Below are positions 48,080 to 60,788 of a stretch of 64,000 nt of DNA, one piece after another; the stretch's first letter is position 1; each line of letters begins with the position of its first letter. The notes beneath the pieces are model-generated. The model ran no database searches. It was not told the DNA's origin and saw only the letters and a list, made by a program, of their open reading frames with translations. The position numbers and the translations under genes were made by a program. The stretch covers positions 50,344,001 through 50,408,000 of the forward strand of contig NC_043004.1 in assembly GCF_006345805.1 (NCBI RefSeq), given 5' to 3'. The stretch comes from Octopus sinensis. Lineage: Eukaryota.

Positions 48080-48856
48080 TGACTACACAGTATAGTAGGG
48101 TCCGTTGGGCACCGTCTGTGAGAAAAACAGCACCATGACGCAATTCACTCTGCCGGAAATTTAGAAACGATGTGCTGTCCTGCTTGGCATTCACCTTGGA
48201 AGCTCTAATACGAACATTTCAGAGTGTTTGGGTGTCAATTTGAGGACATGTACCGAGAGTGATAAAAATCAAACATCCAGTCAACATCATGGTGTTTAGA
48301 GGGATCATTAGTGATGGTGATGTTATACCTCCATTCATCTTCCCACACCGTCTCGGATTCAACGTGGCAGCCTACCTCAAGTGCCTGGAGGAGGTAGTGG
48401 CTGCTGGAAGATCCACATCTGCTAACAGAACTTTGCACCGTGCCACACAAGCAGGAGAACCCAGTCATAACTGTCAGACAATTCCTGCGACCTCATCACC
48501 TCTAACATCTAACCATCTAACACCCCAGACTGTAAAACCCTTGATTATTATATGAGGAGTGCAGTTGAGTGAGAGCTCAACAAAACTCCTTGTAACACCA
48601 AAGATGAACTGACGGCAAGGATTATGGCAGCATTCATCAACTTAAACAAGGAGACCATACAGAAGAGATGTAGGAGATTCCAAAGTCATCTGGAGGTTGG
48701 CGCTGAAGCCAATGGCAATTTTATGGAATAAATTTACTCTTTAGTATTTCAAGATTTTTTATGTAATTTTGGTAAATATATCTATTAAAACGAGATATCA
48801 GTGTTGTTTTTAACTTTGCATAATTTAGACAACAGTTTATTCACCGCATCCTGTGT
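48080..48856 (+). mobile_element. maT/DD37D-like Tc1-mariner element, internally deleted
   Basis: IKHPVNIMVFRGIISDGDVIPPFIFPH, PPNT-PDCKTLDY-like segment and the terminal ttattcaccgcatcctgtg|TA. Confidence 0.75.
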
Positions 48857-48880
48857 ATATGTATATATATATATATATAT

Positions 48881-50451
48881 AAAGGCCCGCAGACCTCACA
48901 ATGAGACCAATAGTAGCAGGGCCCCAAGCACCAACACAACAACTAAGCCACTTCATAGAAGTACTCCTCAAACCTTTATGCCCACAGATACTTAGCTACA
49001 TAAGGGATGACATAGACTTCCTCACACACATTCCAAATACAGTTCCGAAAAACACCATACTTGCAAGCTTCGATGTCACAAACTTATACATGAACATACC
49101 ACACACCCTAGGTCTGGAAGCGATAAAACAATCGGTAGAAAAATACAGAGAACTTATAGACGAACGTTTCAAGACAGACTTTATCACCCAAGCCACCCAA
49201 TTAATACTCGAAGAAAATACATTCTCATTCAACAAGACATACTGACAGAAAAGGGCACGGCTATGGGTACAAAATTCGCACCTTCATATGCTAACCTGGT
49301 GATGGGTTTCCTTGAGAACAAACTATACAATGAAATAGGGAAAGTCTTCGAACACGACTTCAGAGAAGACATCAAGAAAAAGTGGAAACACTACCTCAAT
49401 GACTGGAAACACTACCTCTTTTGGAACAGATGAGAAGACCTATGAACATTCCACAACATCCTCAACACACTGCACTCATCTATAAATTTCACAATAGATA
49501 CCAGCCACAATGATCTTCCCTTCCTAGACATCAACATCAAGATACACAACTCCATCATCACAACAGACATCCACTACAAAAAAACCGATGCACACCAATA
49601 TTTAAATTTCTACTCCTGCCACCCATCTCACATAAAAAGAAACATCCCGTATAGTATGGCAAGATGCATATGCAGCATAGTAACTGACTCACAAACATGC
49701 CAAATAAGACTAGATGAACTTAAAAACTTCCTACTAGAACAAAAATACCCACTTAAACTAATAAAAAATGAAATCTCAAGAGCAATGAAACTGGACATCA
49801 CACAACTCAGGACACCCAAAACAAAAACCAAAGAAAACATTATCCCTTTCATAAACACGCACAACCCTGGAGTTACCAACATGTTCTAAAATGATACATT
49901 CAAACCAGCCAATAGTCCTACAAAGTCCCAAAATAGAAAACGTACTAAACAAATATTGCATAAAAAACAGTAGACGACAAGACAAAAACCTGAAGAAACA
50001 ACTAACAAGAGCGAAATTCTCATCAGAAACTAAAACTGAATTCCTTGTAAAAGAGTGCAGAGATGGTAGATGTGGGATCTGCAGTAACCCCACCTACAAA
50101 TACATAGAGGGAGACAAACAAATAAAATTTAAGAGCGGTCACGTATTCAAAGTAAATGCAGATATGAACTGCAAGATGCAGAACATAATATACTGCATAA
50201 CCTACTCCACATGCAAGGAGGATTATATAAGTGAAACTGGAAATTCTTTATGCCAACGAGCCAGAATTCACCGACAACATGTCTGACAGGCGGAACTGTG
50301 CAAGATACCACTAAGTAAACACCTAGATACACGTGGAGAAGGAAAATTTAAGATCTTTCCTTTCTACAAATGTCCAAAGAATGACACTTCCTTCAGGAGG
50401 AATATGGAAAAATATTTCATAATTAAGTTCTCCCCCAAATTGAATGGCTGA
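48881..50451 (+). mobile_element. Penelope-like element: RT plus GIY-YIG endonuclease, 5'-truncated and frameshifted
   Basis: RPIVAGP, SYIRDDIDFL, LASFDVTNLYMNIP, AMGTKFAPSYANL, LPFLDI, HPSHIKRNIPYS, and CKMQNIIYCITYSTCKEDYISET (GIY-YIG). Confidence 0.93.
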
Positions 50452-50513
50452 AAATGTTTCTATAATAAGTTGTACTAGATGAAGGACCAAATTTGTAAAG
50501 TAAATTGTATTAA

Positions 50514-50563
<50 letters not shown>

Positions 50564-50699
50564 CTACACATATGTACATATAGATAAATAAAAACAATCT
50601 CTAATCCAGATTCTCCATCCCATGTAAGCACAGGAATCAAACATTGGATTGAAAGAACTGAATAGTGGTATAAATATCAACACAATTATTTCTTCTTCC

Positions 50700-51630
50700 C
50701 CTTTTTCTTCTTTCTTCCCTTCTCCAGCGACACCCCTTCCAGACTCACAGGCACACACATACACACACCCTCACGAAACAATAATAAAAAGGAATCCAGA
50801 CAATTTTTTGAGAAGTGACATTCTACACCCCTTGAAGTGGCCAATTTCTAAAAACCAAAAATCATTTACAGTTGCAAAAATATAAACACTCATTTCAGAT
50901 ATACAGACACCTCCACACACACACACACACTCTCTCTCTCACAAGACAATGATAAAAAGGAAATCCAGACAATTTTTTGAAAAGTGACATTTTGGCCCCC
51001 AGCTGGCTTGACCATTGCTAAAAGACAAGGACTGATTGTTTTTGACAACTTGACCATTCCTCCTTAACACTTCTTTCAGATATACAAACACACACACATA
51101 CACACACACACACATGCACACACACACACACACACACATACACACACACCACACACACACACACTCTCTCTCTCTCTCTCTCACAAGACAATGATAAAAA
51201 GGAAATACAAACAATTTATTGAAAAGTGACATTTTGCCCCCCCTTGGAGTAAACAGCTGGATTTACAATCACTGTAAGCCAAGAATTCTTATTGACAAAC
51301 CTACCAACTGCAAAGATATCAACAAAATTTCTCCCTTTCTTCCTCCTTTCCTTCTTTTTCTTTAATACCTTTTTCAGATACAAAAACACTCACACACACA
51401 CACACACACACACTCTCTCTCTCTCTCCCTCTCACTAGACAATGATAAAAAAGTAATCCAGACAATTTTTTAAAAAGTGACATTTTGCCCCTCTTAGAGT
51501 AAACAGCCTGACCAGTTACAAAGAGATCAACAAAAAATTTTTTTCTTCTTTCTTCCTTTCCTTCTTTTTCTTTAACACCTCCTTCAGATACAAAAACACA
51601 TGCACACATGCACACACACATGCTCTCTCT
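50700..51630. repeat. Degenerate minisatellite: four units of (CA)n(CT)n plus a conserved ~50-bp block
   Basis: acaatgataaaaaggaaatccagacaattttttgaaaagtgacattt-like block at ~50775, ~50945, ~51187 and ~51438. Confidence 0.8.
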
Positions 51631-52030
51631 CACTTTCTCCCCGTTCATCAGTCTCTTGTACTATCTTATATTTCTTCCCACCACTACACACTCAATAACA
51701 GTATAAAAATGGTCAAATTTTCCCCAAGAACATAGTTCAATTTGAAAACTCCACTAGAATGGACGAAAGCACTAATATATGATATATGATTTATAAAAAC
51801 ATGTAACATACTAATAAATATCTGTAAATATAAAACCATCCAAATTTCTGAGTACCTCATTTCTTCTAATATATAATACTTGTACATCATCTCCAAACCT
51901 TCTAAGATATATATATATATATATATATATACCAGAGTAAACACATAAGTGTGAAACAAGGTGGAAAAAAGAGTACTCAAATACCAGTGGTAGAGTAATA
52001 TACTTTATTTAAAGCAGCAGAAAATTCAAC

Positions 52031-52077
52031 AAAACCTGTTACTCTGAGTTTCACATTGCCGTTCGTCGGACAGTTTT
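52031..52077 (-). ncRNA. Type I hammerhead ribozyme motif with U4C core, in a PLE-like terminus (51930-52080)
   Basis: Minus strand: CTGT-CCGACGA-ACGgcaaTGT-GAAA-CTCaGAG-TA-ACAG. Stem II has a GNRA loop, and the cleavage triplet is GUA. Confidence 0.7.
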
Positions 52078-52312
52078 TGCTAGAATATATATATATATAT
52101 AACGGGAAGCTTTATGAAAATAAACAAAAGACGAAGGCAGGTGGAATACAAACAAACAATTGTATTAGTATGGCGCTCAGGAATATAAATAAAACAAGTC
52201 TTTTACGTTTCGAGCCTACGCTCTTTAACAGAAAGATACACAGAAAAGAAACACGGAGAGAAACGGGGAGAGAAAAAAAATGTGTGCAGAAGCTAGCGAA
52301 TCAACATGGCGA

Positions 52313-52353
<41 letters not shown>

Positions 52354-52355
<2 letters not shown>

Positions 52356-52920
52356 TGTGTGTTGTCAAAAAGTATCCGACCTTTAGCCAAAAAACAAGTG
52401 ATATTAAAAAACTCAGTATTTTGATTTAGTCTCCTTCAAAGTATTCGCCTTGAGAGTCTACACACTTTTGCTGGCATTCCTGCCACTGCTGGAAACATTT
52501 CTGGAAATCACTTTCTGGGATGCTGTAGAGCTGTGCCATTTAAATTTTGCTTAATGTCCTCTGTTGACTCAAATCTTCTCCCTTTTAGTGTTTTGTTTTT
52601 GAGATTTGGGAATAGCCAAAAGTCACATGGAGCCAAGTCTGGGGAGTAGGAAGCCTGATGAACGAGTGGTTTGTTTTGCTTGATGAAGAATGCTTGGACA
52701 ATATGGGTAGAATGAACTGACTGAACTGATCCATGGCTGATTTCAACTTTGGCAACAATCTCCTCAATAGTCACATGACAGTCTTCACAGACTATTCCTC
52801 GAACCTTTGCAATCATTTCATCTTTTCTGCTAGTTGATGGTCTGCCACAATGGGGCTCACTGTCCACTGAGGTGTAGCCATCTTTGAACTGGTGTTTTTC
52901 CCATAGCATTATCTCCAAAG
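52354..52920 (-). mobile_element. Mariner fragment with 3' TIR
   Basis: CGRPSTSRKDEMIAKV and HQASYSPDLAPCDFWLFPNLK. TIR ctgtgtgttgtcaaaaagtatccgac after TA. Confidence 0.85.
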
Positions 52921-52958
52921 AGCGATTATATATATCATCATCATCATCATCATCATCA

Positions 52959-53194
52959 TACTCTTTTTCCTTTTTTTACTTGTTTCAATCATTTGACTGT
53001 AGCCATGGTGGAGCACTACCTTTAGTCGAGTAAATCAACCCCAGGACTTATTCTTCGTAAGCCTAGTACTTATTCTATCGGTCTCTTTTGCTGAACTGCT
53101 AAGTTACAGGGATGTAAACACACCAGCATCGGTTGTCAAGCGATGTTGAGGGGACAAACACAGACACACAAACATATACATACATACACATACA

Positions 53195-53240
<46 letters not shown>

Positions 53241-53402
53241 TACGATGGGCTTCTTTCAGCTTCCGTCTACCAAATCCACTCACAAGGCTTTGGTTGGCCC
53301 GAGGCTATAGTGGAAGGCGCTTGCCCAAGGTGCCATGCAGTGGGACTGAACCTGGAACCATGTGGTTGGTAAACAAGCTACTTACCACACAGCCACTCCT
53401 GC
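52959..53402 (-). mobile_element. SINE family A, full length
   Basis: Complete body and head. Confidence 0.9.
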
Positions 53403-53407
53403 ATTGT

Positions 53408-53836
53408 AAAATTTTATAATTATGAGTATAATTATAATTAGGGTTCAGCAAAAATTTGCTTCACCACATACCGAAATCTAGAAATAGCAGTTCAAACTAA
53501 CTATTTCACTACAATAGTTTATTCACCGCATCCTGTGTATATGCATATATATATATATACCGTGTGTTGTCAAAAAGTATCCGACCTTTTGCCAAAAAAC
53601 AAGTAATATTAAAAAACTCACCTTTTTAATTTAGTCTCCTTCAAAGTGAAATCGTTAGTTTTAACTGCTATTTCTAAATTTCAGTATGTGGTGAAGTAAA
53701 ATTTTGCTGAACCCTAATTACAATTATACTCATAATTTGAAAATTTTATGTATAAGTTTACCAATAATGGTCCTTTTAACATACCAAACTACTTGGTAAA
53801 ATATTAATTATTAATTAATTAATTAATTTTACCCTT

Positions 53837-53880
<44 letters not shown>

Positions 53881-54055
53881 CACCGGAGTAAACACATAAA
53901 TGTGAAACAGGTGGAAAAAAGAGTACTCAAATACCAGTGGTAGAGTAATATGCTTTTTTAAAGCAGCAGAAAATTCAACAAAACCTGTTACTCTGAGTTT
54001 CCTGTTGCAGAGTAACAGGTTTTGTTGAATTTTCTGCTGCTTTAAATAAAGTATA
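53408..54055. repeat. Cluster of PLE-like terminal fragments with two fold-backs
   Basis: ~105-bp inverted arms at ~53410-53512 and ~53645-53747. 38-bp arms at 53958-53995 and 54008-54045. 53880-54001 duplicates 51930-52052. Confidence 0.8.
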
Positions 54056-54657
54056 TATATATAAATGAATGTGTGTGTATATATATGTGTATATTTATGT
54101 AAATATGTATGTATATATGTGTGTGTGTGCATGTGAGTGTGTGTCTGTATGTATATGCATGTGTATGTGTTTATATGTGAGTATACATATACACACACAC
54201 ACACACATATATAAACAATGACACAGGAAAAACAAAGCATGGTGTATCTGTTATGCTAACCCAGTGAATTTCTTTGCTTGTTTCACCCGACCATCATATG
54301 TGGCATGCAAGTAGATGCCCATGGGAGGGTTGCTTGTACTTATAGAGGTAAGAACATATTTGTGTGTGTGTTTTGTTGTAGTGCATGTATATTTATGGAG
54401 GGAACACTCAGTTTTATTATTAACTCCAGTACTTAACTGTGACCAATTTTATCAAACCTTGATGAATAACAGGCAAAGGAGTACAAGAGACCATATTGGC
54501 ATTTAAACTCAAAACATTCAAATATTTAACTGGTAAAGTATCTTGTTTGTGCTGCATCTTGTGCAGGCTATTTCTCCTTCTAATCAATTGTACTCTAAGT
54601 GTTTCTGTTATTTCATAAGTTTGTCTATTTCATGTCTCTGCAGTTATTTCTTTCTAA

Positions 54658-54820
54658 GGCGCAGGAGTGGCTGTGTGGTAAGTAGCTTGCTAACCAACCA
54701 CATGGTTCCGGGTTCAGTCCCACTGTGTGGCATCTTGGGCAAGTGTCTTCTGCTATAGCCCCAGGCTGACCAATGCCTTGTGAGTGGATTTGGTAGACGG
54801 AAACTGAAAGAAGCCTGTCG

Positions 54821-54851
<31 letters not shown>

Positions 54852-55054
54852 TTGTGTGTTTGTATTTCTTCCCCTAGCATTGCCTGACAACCGATGCTGG
54901 TGTGTTTACATACCCGTAACTTAGCAGTTCGGCAAAAGAGACCGATAGAATAAGTACTGGCCTTACAAAGAATAAGTCCCGGGGTTGATTTGCTCGACTA
55001 AAGGCGGTGCTCCAGCATGGCCGCAGTCAAATGACTGAAACAAGTAAAAGAGTA
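54658..55054 (+). mobile_element. SINE family A, full length
   Basis: Complete head and body. Confidence 0.92.
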
Positions 55055-55329
55055 AAAAAAAAGGCATTTTGTTTGCTTTTGCAGCAGTTGGTGATGGCAT
55101 TGTTATGTCTTATCTCTGTAATAGCTGATTGGCCATATAAATAACTAGTTGCATGTACTACTTTGCAAAATATCTCTGTAACTTTCCATGGTGATCTAGT
55201 TTCTTTTCCTGCTTTCATGTTGATTTTGCCTGTATATATGTCATTTCCCATAGATGGACCCTCTGTTGAATTTGTAAAAGGTAGTCCCTCTCTTTTCAAC
55301 ATATTCTACACATTCTGCAACCTACACTT

Positions 55330-56250
55330 CTCTGTTCTCACTTTCAATGAGGACAAATGTACCACTACCATTCCATACTCTTTGCTCCATCAACATTTTG
55401 TGTCTCTCTGATATACTGATTTGTAACCTCATCTTTCCATTGCAGAACATTGATAAACCTCTGACTTTCAGCTTCTCTCCATGCTAACTGCATCTGGTAT
55501 TTGGTATCTCTTCTAGCTACCTGGTAATTTTCCATGCTTTCCTAGCCAATATCTTTGCTTTTATGACTACATCTACTGCACCATTATGACACCTTCGGTC
55601 TGGCTAGAACTTTATTCCATCCATAATTTAATGTGCTGCTCTTAGGAAATCCCAATTGTTCTCTCTGTTATAAATCCCTATCTTCTCCTCCTTTATGTCA
55701 TTTGTATCAAGTAGAATTCTTTGAATGTACATCTGACCAAAAGATCTTTTGGCTTCCATACCTCCCTTCTCCAGACTATCTCATGTCTCTTATTCCATAT
55801 CCCACTTATCCTGAGATCATGGATCAATATATAGTCTATGCTGAGAAATACCTTCTCCACTGGCGAATGACTTAGGCTTCACAACCACCTATCTGTGAGA
55901 TTTGCTAGTGCGTTTAAAATTTATCAGGTTTGCATGTTTACCAGATGCTAGCAAATCTTGAAGCTAGGTGTTGCAATTGATTAGGTCATTGCATCACAGA
56001 CCTTAGGTCCCTCTTCATTCTTTGTACCATACACATCAGAATAATTGTCGTGGTATTGTACAACATGGCCACATGTGGTAACAAAGTCATTGTCATTTAT
56101 TATTGACATAGTCTGCAAGAGAACCACATAAATATAGTCCTTACACTCACTTGTCAGTCTTGATTTTGGTGAATATGCAGACACTGCTGTTGCTGTTGAG
56201 CTGTCTATGACTAGTCCAAGCTTAATTCTTCTGTCATAGATATTTTACTC
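55330..56250 (-). mobile_element. Heavily decayed RTE-like LINE endonuclease/linker fragments
   Basis: YSDVYGTKNEEG (APE-domain G-RNEEG-like) and an RREVWKPKDLL segment. Confidence 0.5.
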
Positions 56251-56479
56251 TGGCTGCCTCACTTATTTCATCTATCCATTTCTTTGCCCTTTACCCAACA
56301 ATATGCTTCCTCCACCAACTCCAGTGCTGATACTTACTTTAGATAGTTTGTACTTTTGTCCTAGCCACTGTGGGAGTCTATGTGAGGCTCTCCTCCATCT
56401 GACCTCTTGTACACAGCATATATCTAGTCACCTTAATAATAAAAATATTTTTCTCATTATATGAAATGATAATTGTTTC

Positions 56480-57425
56480 TTATCTAGGTGCAAGGCCAGT
56501 AAATTATGTAAGAGGGGTTTAAGCAAGTACATTTAACCCTAGTACTTGACTTGTTCTTTATTTTATTGACCCCAAAATGATGAAGGATAAAGATGACTTT
56601 GCGGGGATTTGCACTCAGGGTGTAAAAAGCCATAACTAAATACTCAAGAACTGATTGGTTCTTTATTTTATTGACTCCAAAAGGATGAAGGGCAAAGTCA
56701 GCTTTGGCAGGATTTGAACTCAGAACATAAAGAGTAGGAAAAAATTCCATTTTGTCCGATGCACTAATGATTTTTCCTCCTCACAGTGTTTGGTTTTAAA
56801 TAATGGCACAAGCAGTTTTAATGAGAGGGGTACTTTCTTTATTCCATCAACCCAGAAAGGATGAAAGGCAAAGTTAACTAACCTCAGTAAGATTTGAACT
56901 CAGAATGAAAAAAAAAAGCATGAAGAAATGCTGCTAAGTATTTTGTTCAAAGATATAATGATTCCACCAGCTTACCACTTTAGTAATAATAATTCTTTTG
57001 AACTATATGCCAAGGCCTGAAATTTGGGCATGGGCTCTTATTGATTACATTGACTCCAGTGTTCAGTATTTATTTTATTAACCATCCAACACGGTGAAAG
57101 ATGAAGGCAGGATTTGAACTCAGAATGTAAAGAACTGATAGAAATTCCTTTATTCTCTTACTTCAGCTCATCACAGTAATAGTTAATAACAATAATGATA
57201 GTTAATAATAATCGTTTTTATTATAGGTACAAGGCCTGAAATTTTGGGGAGAGGGCATAGTCAATTACATGAACCCCAGTGCTCAACTAGAATTCATTGA
57301 CCCTGAAACGATGAAAGGTAGTAGTCAACCTCAACAGAATTTGAACACAGACAGTAAAGAGAGATGAAATGCCATGAAACATTTTATCTGACGCGTTAAC
57401 AATTCTGCCAGCTTACTGCTTTAGT
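56480..57425 (-). mobile_element. Cluster of old SINE family B-like copies
   Basis: The motif aaaggatgaaaggcaaagt...ggatttgaactcagaa recurs, diverged, at least five times. Confidence 0.65.
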
Positions 57426-57921
57426 AATAATAAAGGCAAGAGATGAAGAGACTTCACAGAGACAGATTAAAGAACTATTTTACTGTCGACATTCTTTTTG
57501 CAGTGCATTACCATAATTTTAACCCCATAACCTTAAGAGAAGCAACAATTATAAAGTATTTATTGCCATTAATCGTTACTGTCCCTAACGAGGCAATGTC
57601 ATTGGCTGGCAAGAAATGGTATTATAAGTGTTGTCACATATGTTTTAACCAATGCCATTTCATTTGCAGACTTCACTGTTGTTGGTGTTGTGTTTTAATA
57701 ATTAGGTCGGTGGAACCATATACAGAGAGGGGTGATGTTATTTTAGAAACATATAGCGCTGACTACATATATTCGTTTTTACACATACACACACAAACAC
57801 ACCCACACTATATATATATATATATATATTATATGTCTATGTACATGATGCTAGTTCAGTATATATATTATATGGTAGTTCAGTAAAATTGTCTGCCTGC
57901 TTGTTTTACCCATCTTTCTAG

Positions 57922-57967
<46 letters not shown>

Positions 57968-58202
57968 TGTATGTGTTTGTATGTGTGTGTGTGTGAATTT
58001 GCCTGCTGCTTGTTCCACCCTCCCCCATCATGTGTATTAGTATTTGTATGCATATAAATACATTTATAAATATAGATTAGATTATATACATGGCTGTAGT
58101 TTACTGACTGGGTTCTATAAATTCAGAAAAGAATACAGAAACAGATTATACAAACAGATACACCCAGATGTGCAAACATGTGTGCATGTGTGTATGTATA
58201 GA

Positions 58203-59092
58203 TAGGGTGGGTGGAAAGTAAGTAGGCATTAAAAATTGGTAATAAAATCCATATTCCTTTTACTGATTCATTAAAGCAAATTATACATGTTCTTTATTAC
58301 ATGGGAAAACGAAAGTAAATCTTCATATTTCAATGTAAGCACTGGTGGGGTCAACCACTTTCCTCAAACGGCCAGGGATGGAACGAACAATCTTCTGAAG
58401 GATGTTGTTTGGGATATCATTGAGAACTTCCTGAATCCATGTCTCCAAGTCTGCCAGTGTGCAAGGTTTTGTCTTGTATATCTCTTCTGTGAAACCCCAC
58501 AGATAAAAATCACACGCAGTGAGATCTGGACTTCTTGGAGGCCCTTCATGAGGTCTGCATTGTCCCATCAGGTTTTAGCTCCTGCATGTAATGGGATTTC
58601 CATGGATGAAAATTCAATTCTTTATGCAACACTGTGTGTATTGTGTGTCTTGTTAGTCCACTTTCATGAGCTACTTGACGTGTTGATTTTTTGCAGGTTG
58701 TGATTAAATATTTCCTGCACTGCTGCCACGTTCTCCACTGATCAGGATGTGGTTGGATGGCCACTTCTTGCATCGTTCACAGAGCATGTGATTATGAGCT
58801 TTGCATGACAACTTTTTAATGTCTCCAGTCGTAGTATTCCATGCTTACCTTTCCATGCATGTCACCATCTCTGAACTAGAACAATGAAATTCCACACTTC
58901 ATAGCGTTATGCTATCTTAGTTCACTCCTGAACAGTCAAATGACTGGCTATCTGGAAAATAGGAAGTAAGACAATAAGAAAATAAGAAATCTCCATTAGT
59001 GTTGTCTCTTTAAAAAAGTTTTCGTCATGACTTCATGATGCTAAAAATTCTGTAAGCAATTCCTAATGCCTAGTTACCTTCCACCCAGCCTG
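58203..59092 (-). mobile_element. Tc1/maT-like DNA transposon with both TIRs, internally deleted
   Basis: PPRSPDLTACDFYLWG. TIRs gggtgggtggaaagtaagtagg and cctagttaccttccacccagcctg|TA. Confidence 0.8.
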
Positions 59093-59271
59093 TATATATG
59101 TATATATATTGTATTGACAAATAGACTTTACGGTACTGTACTGTTAATATGCAGATCTCACTCAGAGATTTAAAACTAGTTGTTTTTCTCTTTGAGATCA
59201 GTAACTGTGTTGCTTGAAAAGTATATGCTGTGAGCAAGGTCGAGTGACAGCTATCTCTAGCTGGTGATTGT

Positions 59272-59316
59272 CCAGTCCTGATGAAGGGAAATTACCAGAA
59301 ACCATTGGTCCACTGG
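59272..59316 (+). ncRNA. Type I hammerhead ribozyme motif, probably with mutated stem II
   Basis: CCAGTc-CTGATGA-A-GGgaaattaCCa-GAAA-CCAtTGG-TC-cACTGG. Intact core and GUC triplet, with mismatches at the base of stems I and II. Confidence 0.7.
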
Positions 59317-59506
59317 TATCACTATGGCTAAATAGGTAGTGGTAAGTTCTCTTGCTCACAGTGTACGGACACAGATTAGGTGTCGATAACCAGCTGGAAA
59401 AGATGTTTTCCAGTAACATGGAAAGAAGTAGTAACATGGTCCTATGTAGGACTGCCACTTTGCATTGGCAAATAGACTTTACAGTGTGTATATATATATA
59501 TATATA

Positions 59507-60743
59507 CGGGGTGGGGAAGCAAAATTTACAGAAAGTCATGAGAATTATTTACCACAAGAAAATTTACATAATAGAAAATGTTTTTTATTCTCTGTGTCCT
59601 CCTTCTTTCTCAATAACTGCCTTCACACGCTTCCTGAAACTTGCGCAAGTGTTCTTCAAATATTCGGGAGACAAAGTCTCCCATTCTTCTTTAATAGTAT
59701 CTTTAAGAGAGTCGACATTACTGTGTGATGTTCTATTGGTAGCATGTTCTAAAACGCCCCAAATAGCATAATCCAGAGGGTTTAGATCTGGGCTAGAAGG
59801 TGGCCATAAACATGATTCCAAAAAATTGCTAAAGTTGGATTTGCAGAAATCTTGTATTTTTCTACCTGTGTGTGCTGGAGCACCATTCTGTGTCCATACA
59901 TAATTACCATCTGACTAGTTTGCTTTAAGCCATGGCAATACCTGGTATCTTAGAGTCTTGTAGTAAGTATTAACATTGATCTTTTCACAACTTTGTAGAA
60001 TTTTATGGGCATTTTCTTTCCATCAGAAGCCACAACACCAAAAGCCATAACTTGAGCAGGATGTTTTGCTTTGAATGTCCCCTTAACCTCAGCTGTTGAT
60101 TTTGCAATAAATCTGTCATTTCTGTGGTTCAGAACAGCATCGACACTGAAGATCTTTTCATCAGAAAAGATCGTTACAATGGAGGACTTTTTCTTGAACC
60201 ATGAAATAATTTTCTTGCACCTTTCCAATCTCTTTTCCTTCATAGCTGTTGTCAACAAGAGTTTTGATGTTCTTGTGTAAGATTTTAACCTCAAATCATA
60301 TTTTACTGCATTTCCAATGGTCTTCTTGTCTACCTAAAGTTTAATTGCCATTTTTCTCATGGATTTGGTTGGATCCTTTAGGATTTTGGATTTGAGAGCT
60401 TTAATAAAAGTTTTGGTACGTTTTATGTTGATTCCTCCACTTCCTGACCCCCTCATAATAGTTTTGCTCATAGTCATTCAATTCTTTACATTATAAACAG
60501 TCTTTATGGCCACCCCAACTATTCTTGAAATCTTCTTTGGTGTGACGAGTGCATTCAGCAAATCACACACTCTTTGACATTTGCTTTCCTGATTACTCAT
60601 ATGGGCAAAAGTTTCTGAAAAGGTAAGGCTAATAGTGTTAGGTATGATTATGACATCAATATATGCTAGGTTTCAAAACAATTGACTTAGTGCCTGCTGA
60701 GAAAAAACAACTTAACGTTCATTGTAAATTTTGCTTCCTCACC

Positions 60744-60746
<3 letters not shown>
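59507..60746 (-). mobile_element. Near full-length DD37D (maT) transposon, decayed
   Basis: TIRs TA|cggggtggggaagcaaaatttaca and tgtaaattttgcttcctcaccctg|TA. FSDEK (D1), WTQNGAP (D2 mutated to N) and SPDLNPLD, with 37 residues between D2 and D3 by manual count. Confidence 0.9.

Positions 60747-60788
<42 letters not shown>

Noticed and set aside
1843-55054. tRNA genes
   Set aside because: All A/B-box tRNA-like segments continue into SINE bodies and lack a full cloverleaf and terminator.
57443-57886. 147-aa plus-strand ORF with Cys cluster
   Set aside because: No domain pattern, runs into microsatellite, and has no support as an exon.
59113-59482. Relationship between the 351-nt HHR unit and the 352-bp array unit
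   Set aside because: The lengths coincide but no sequence similarity is visible on either strand.
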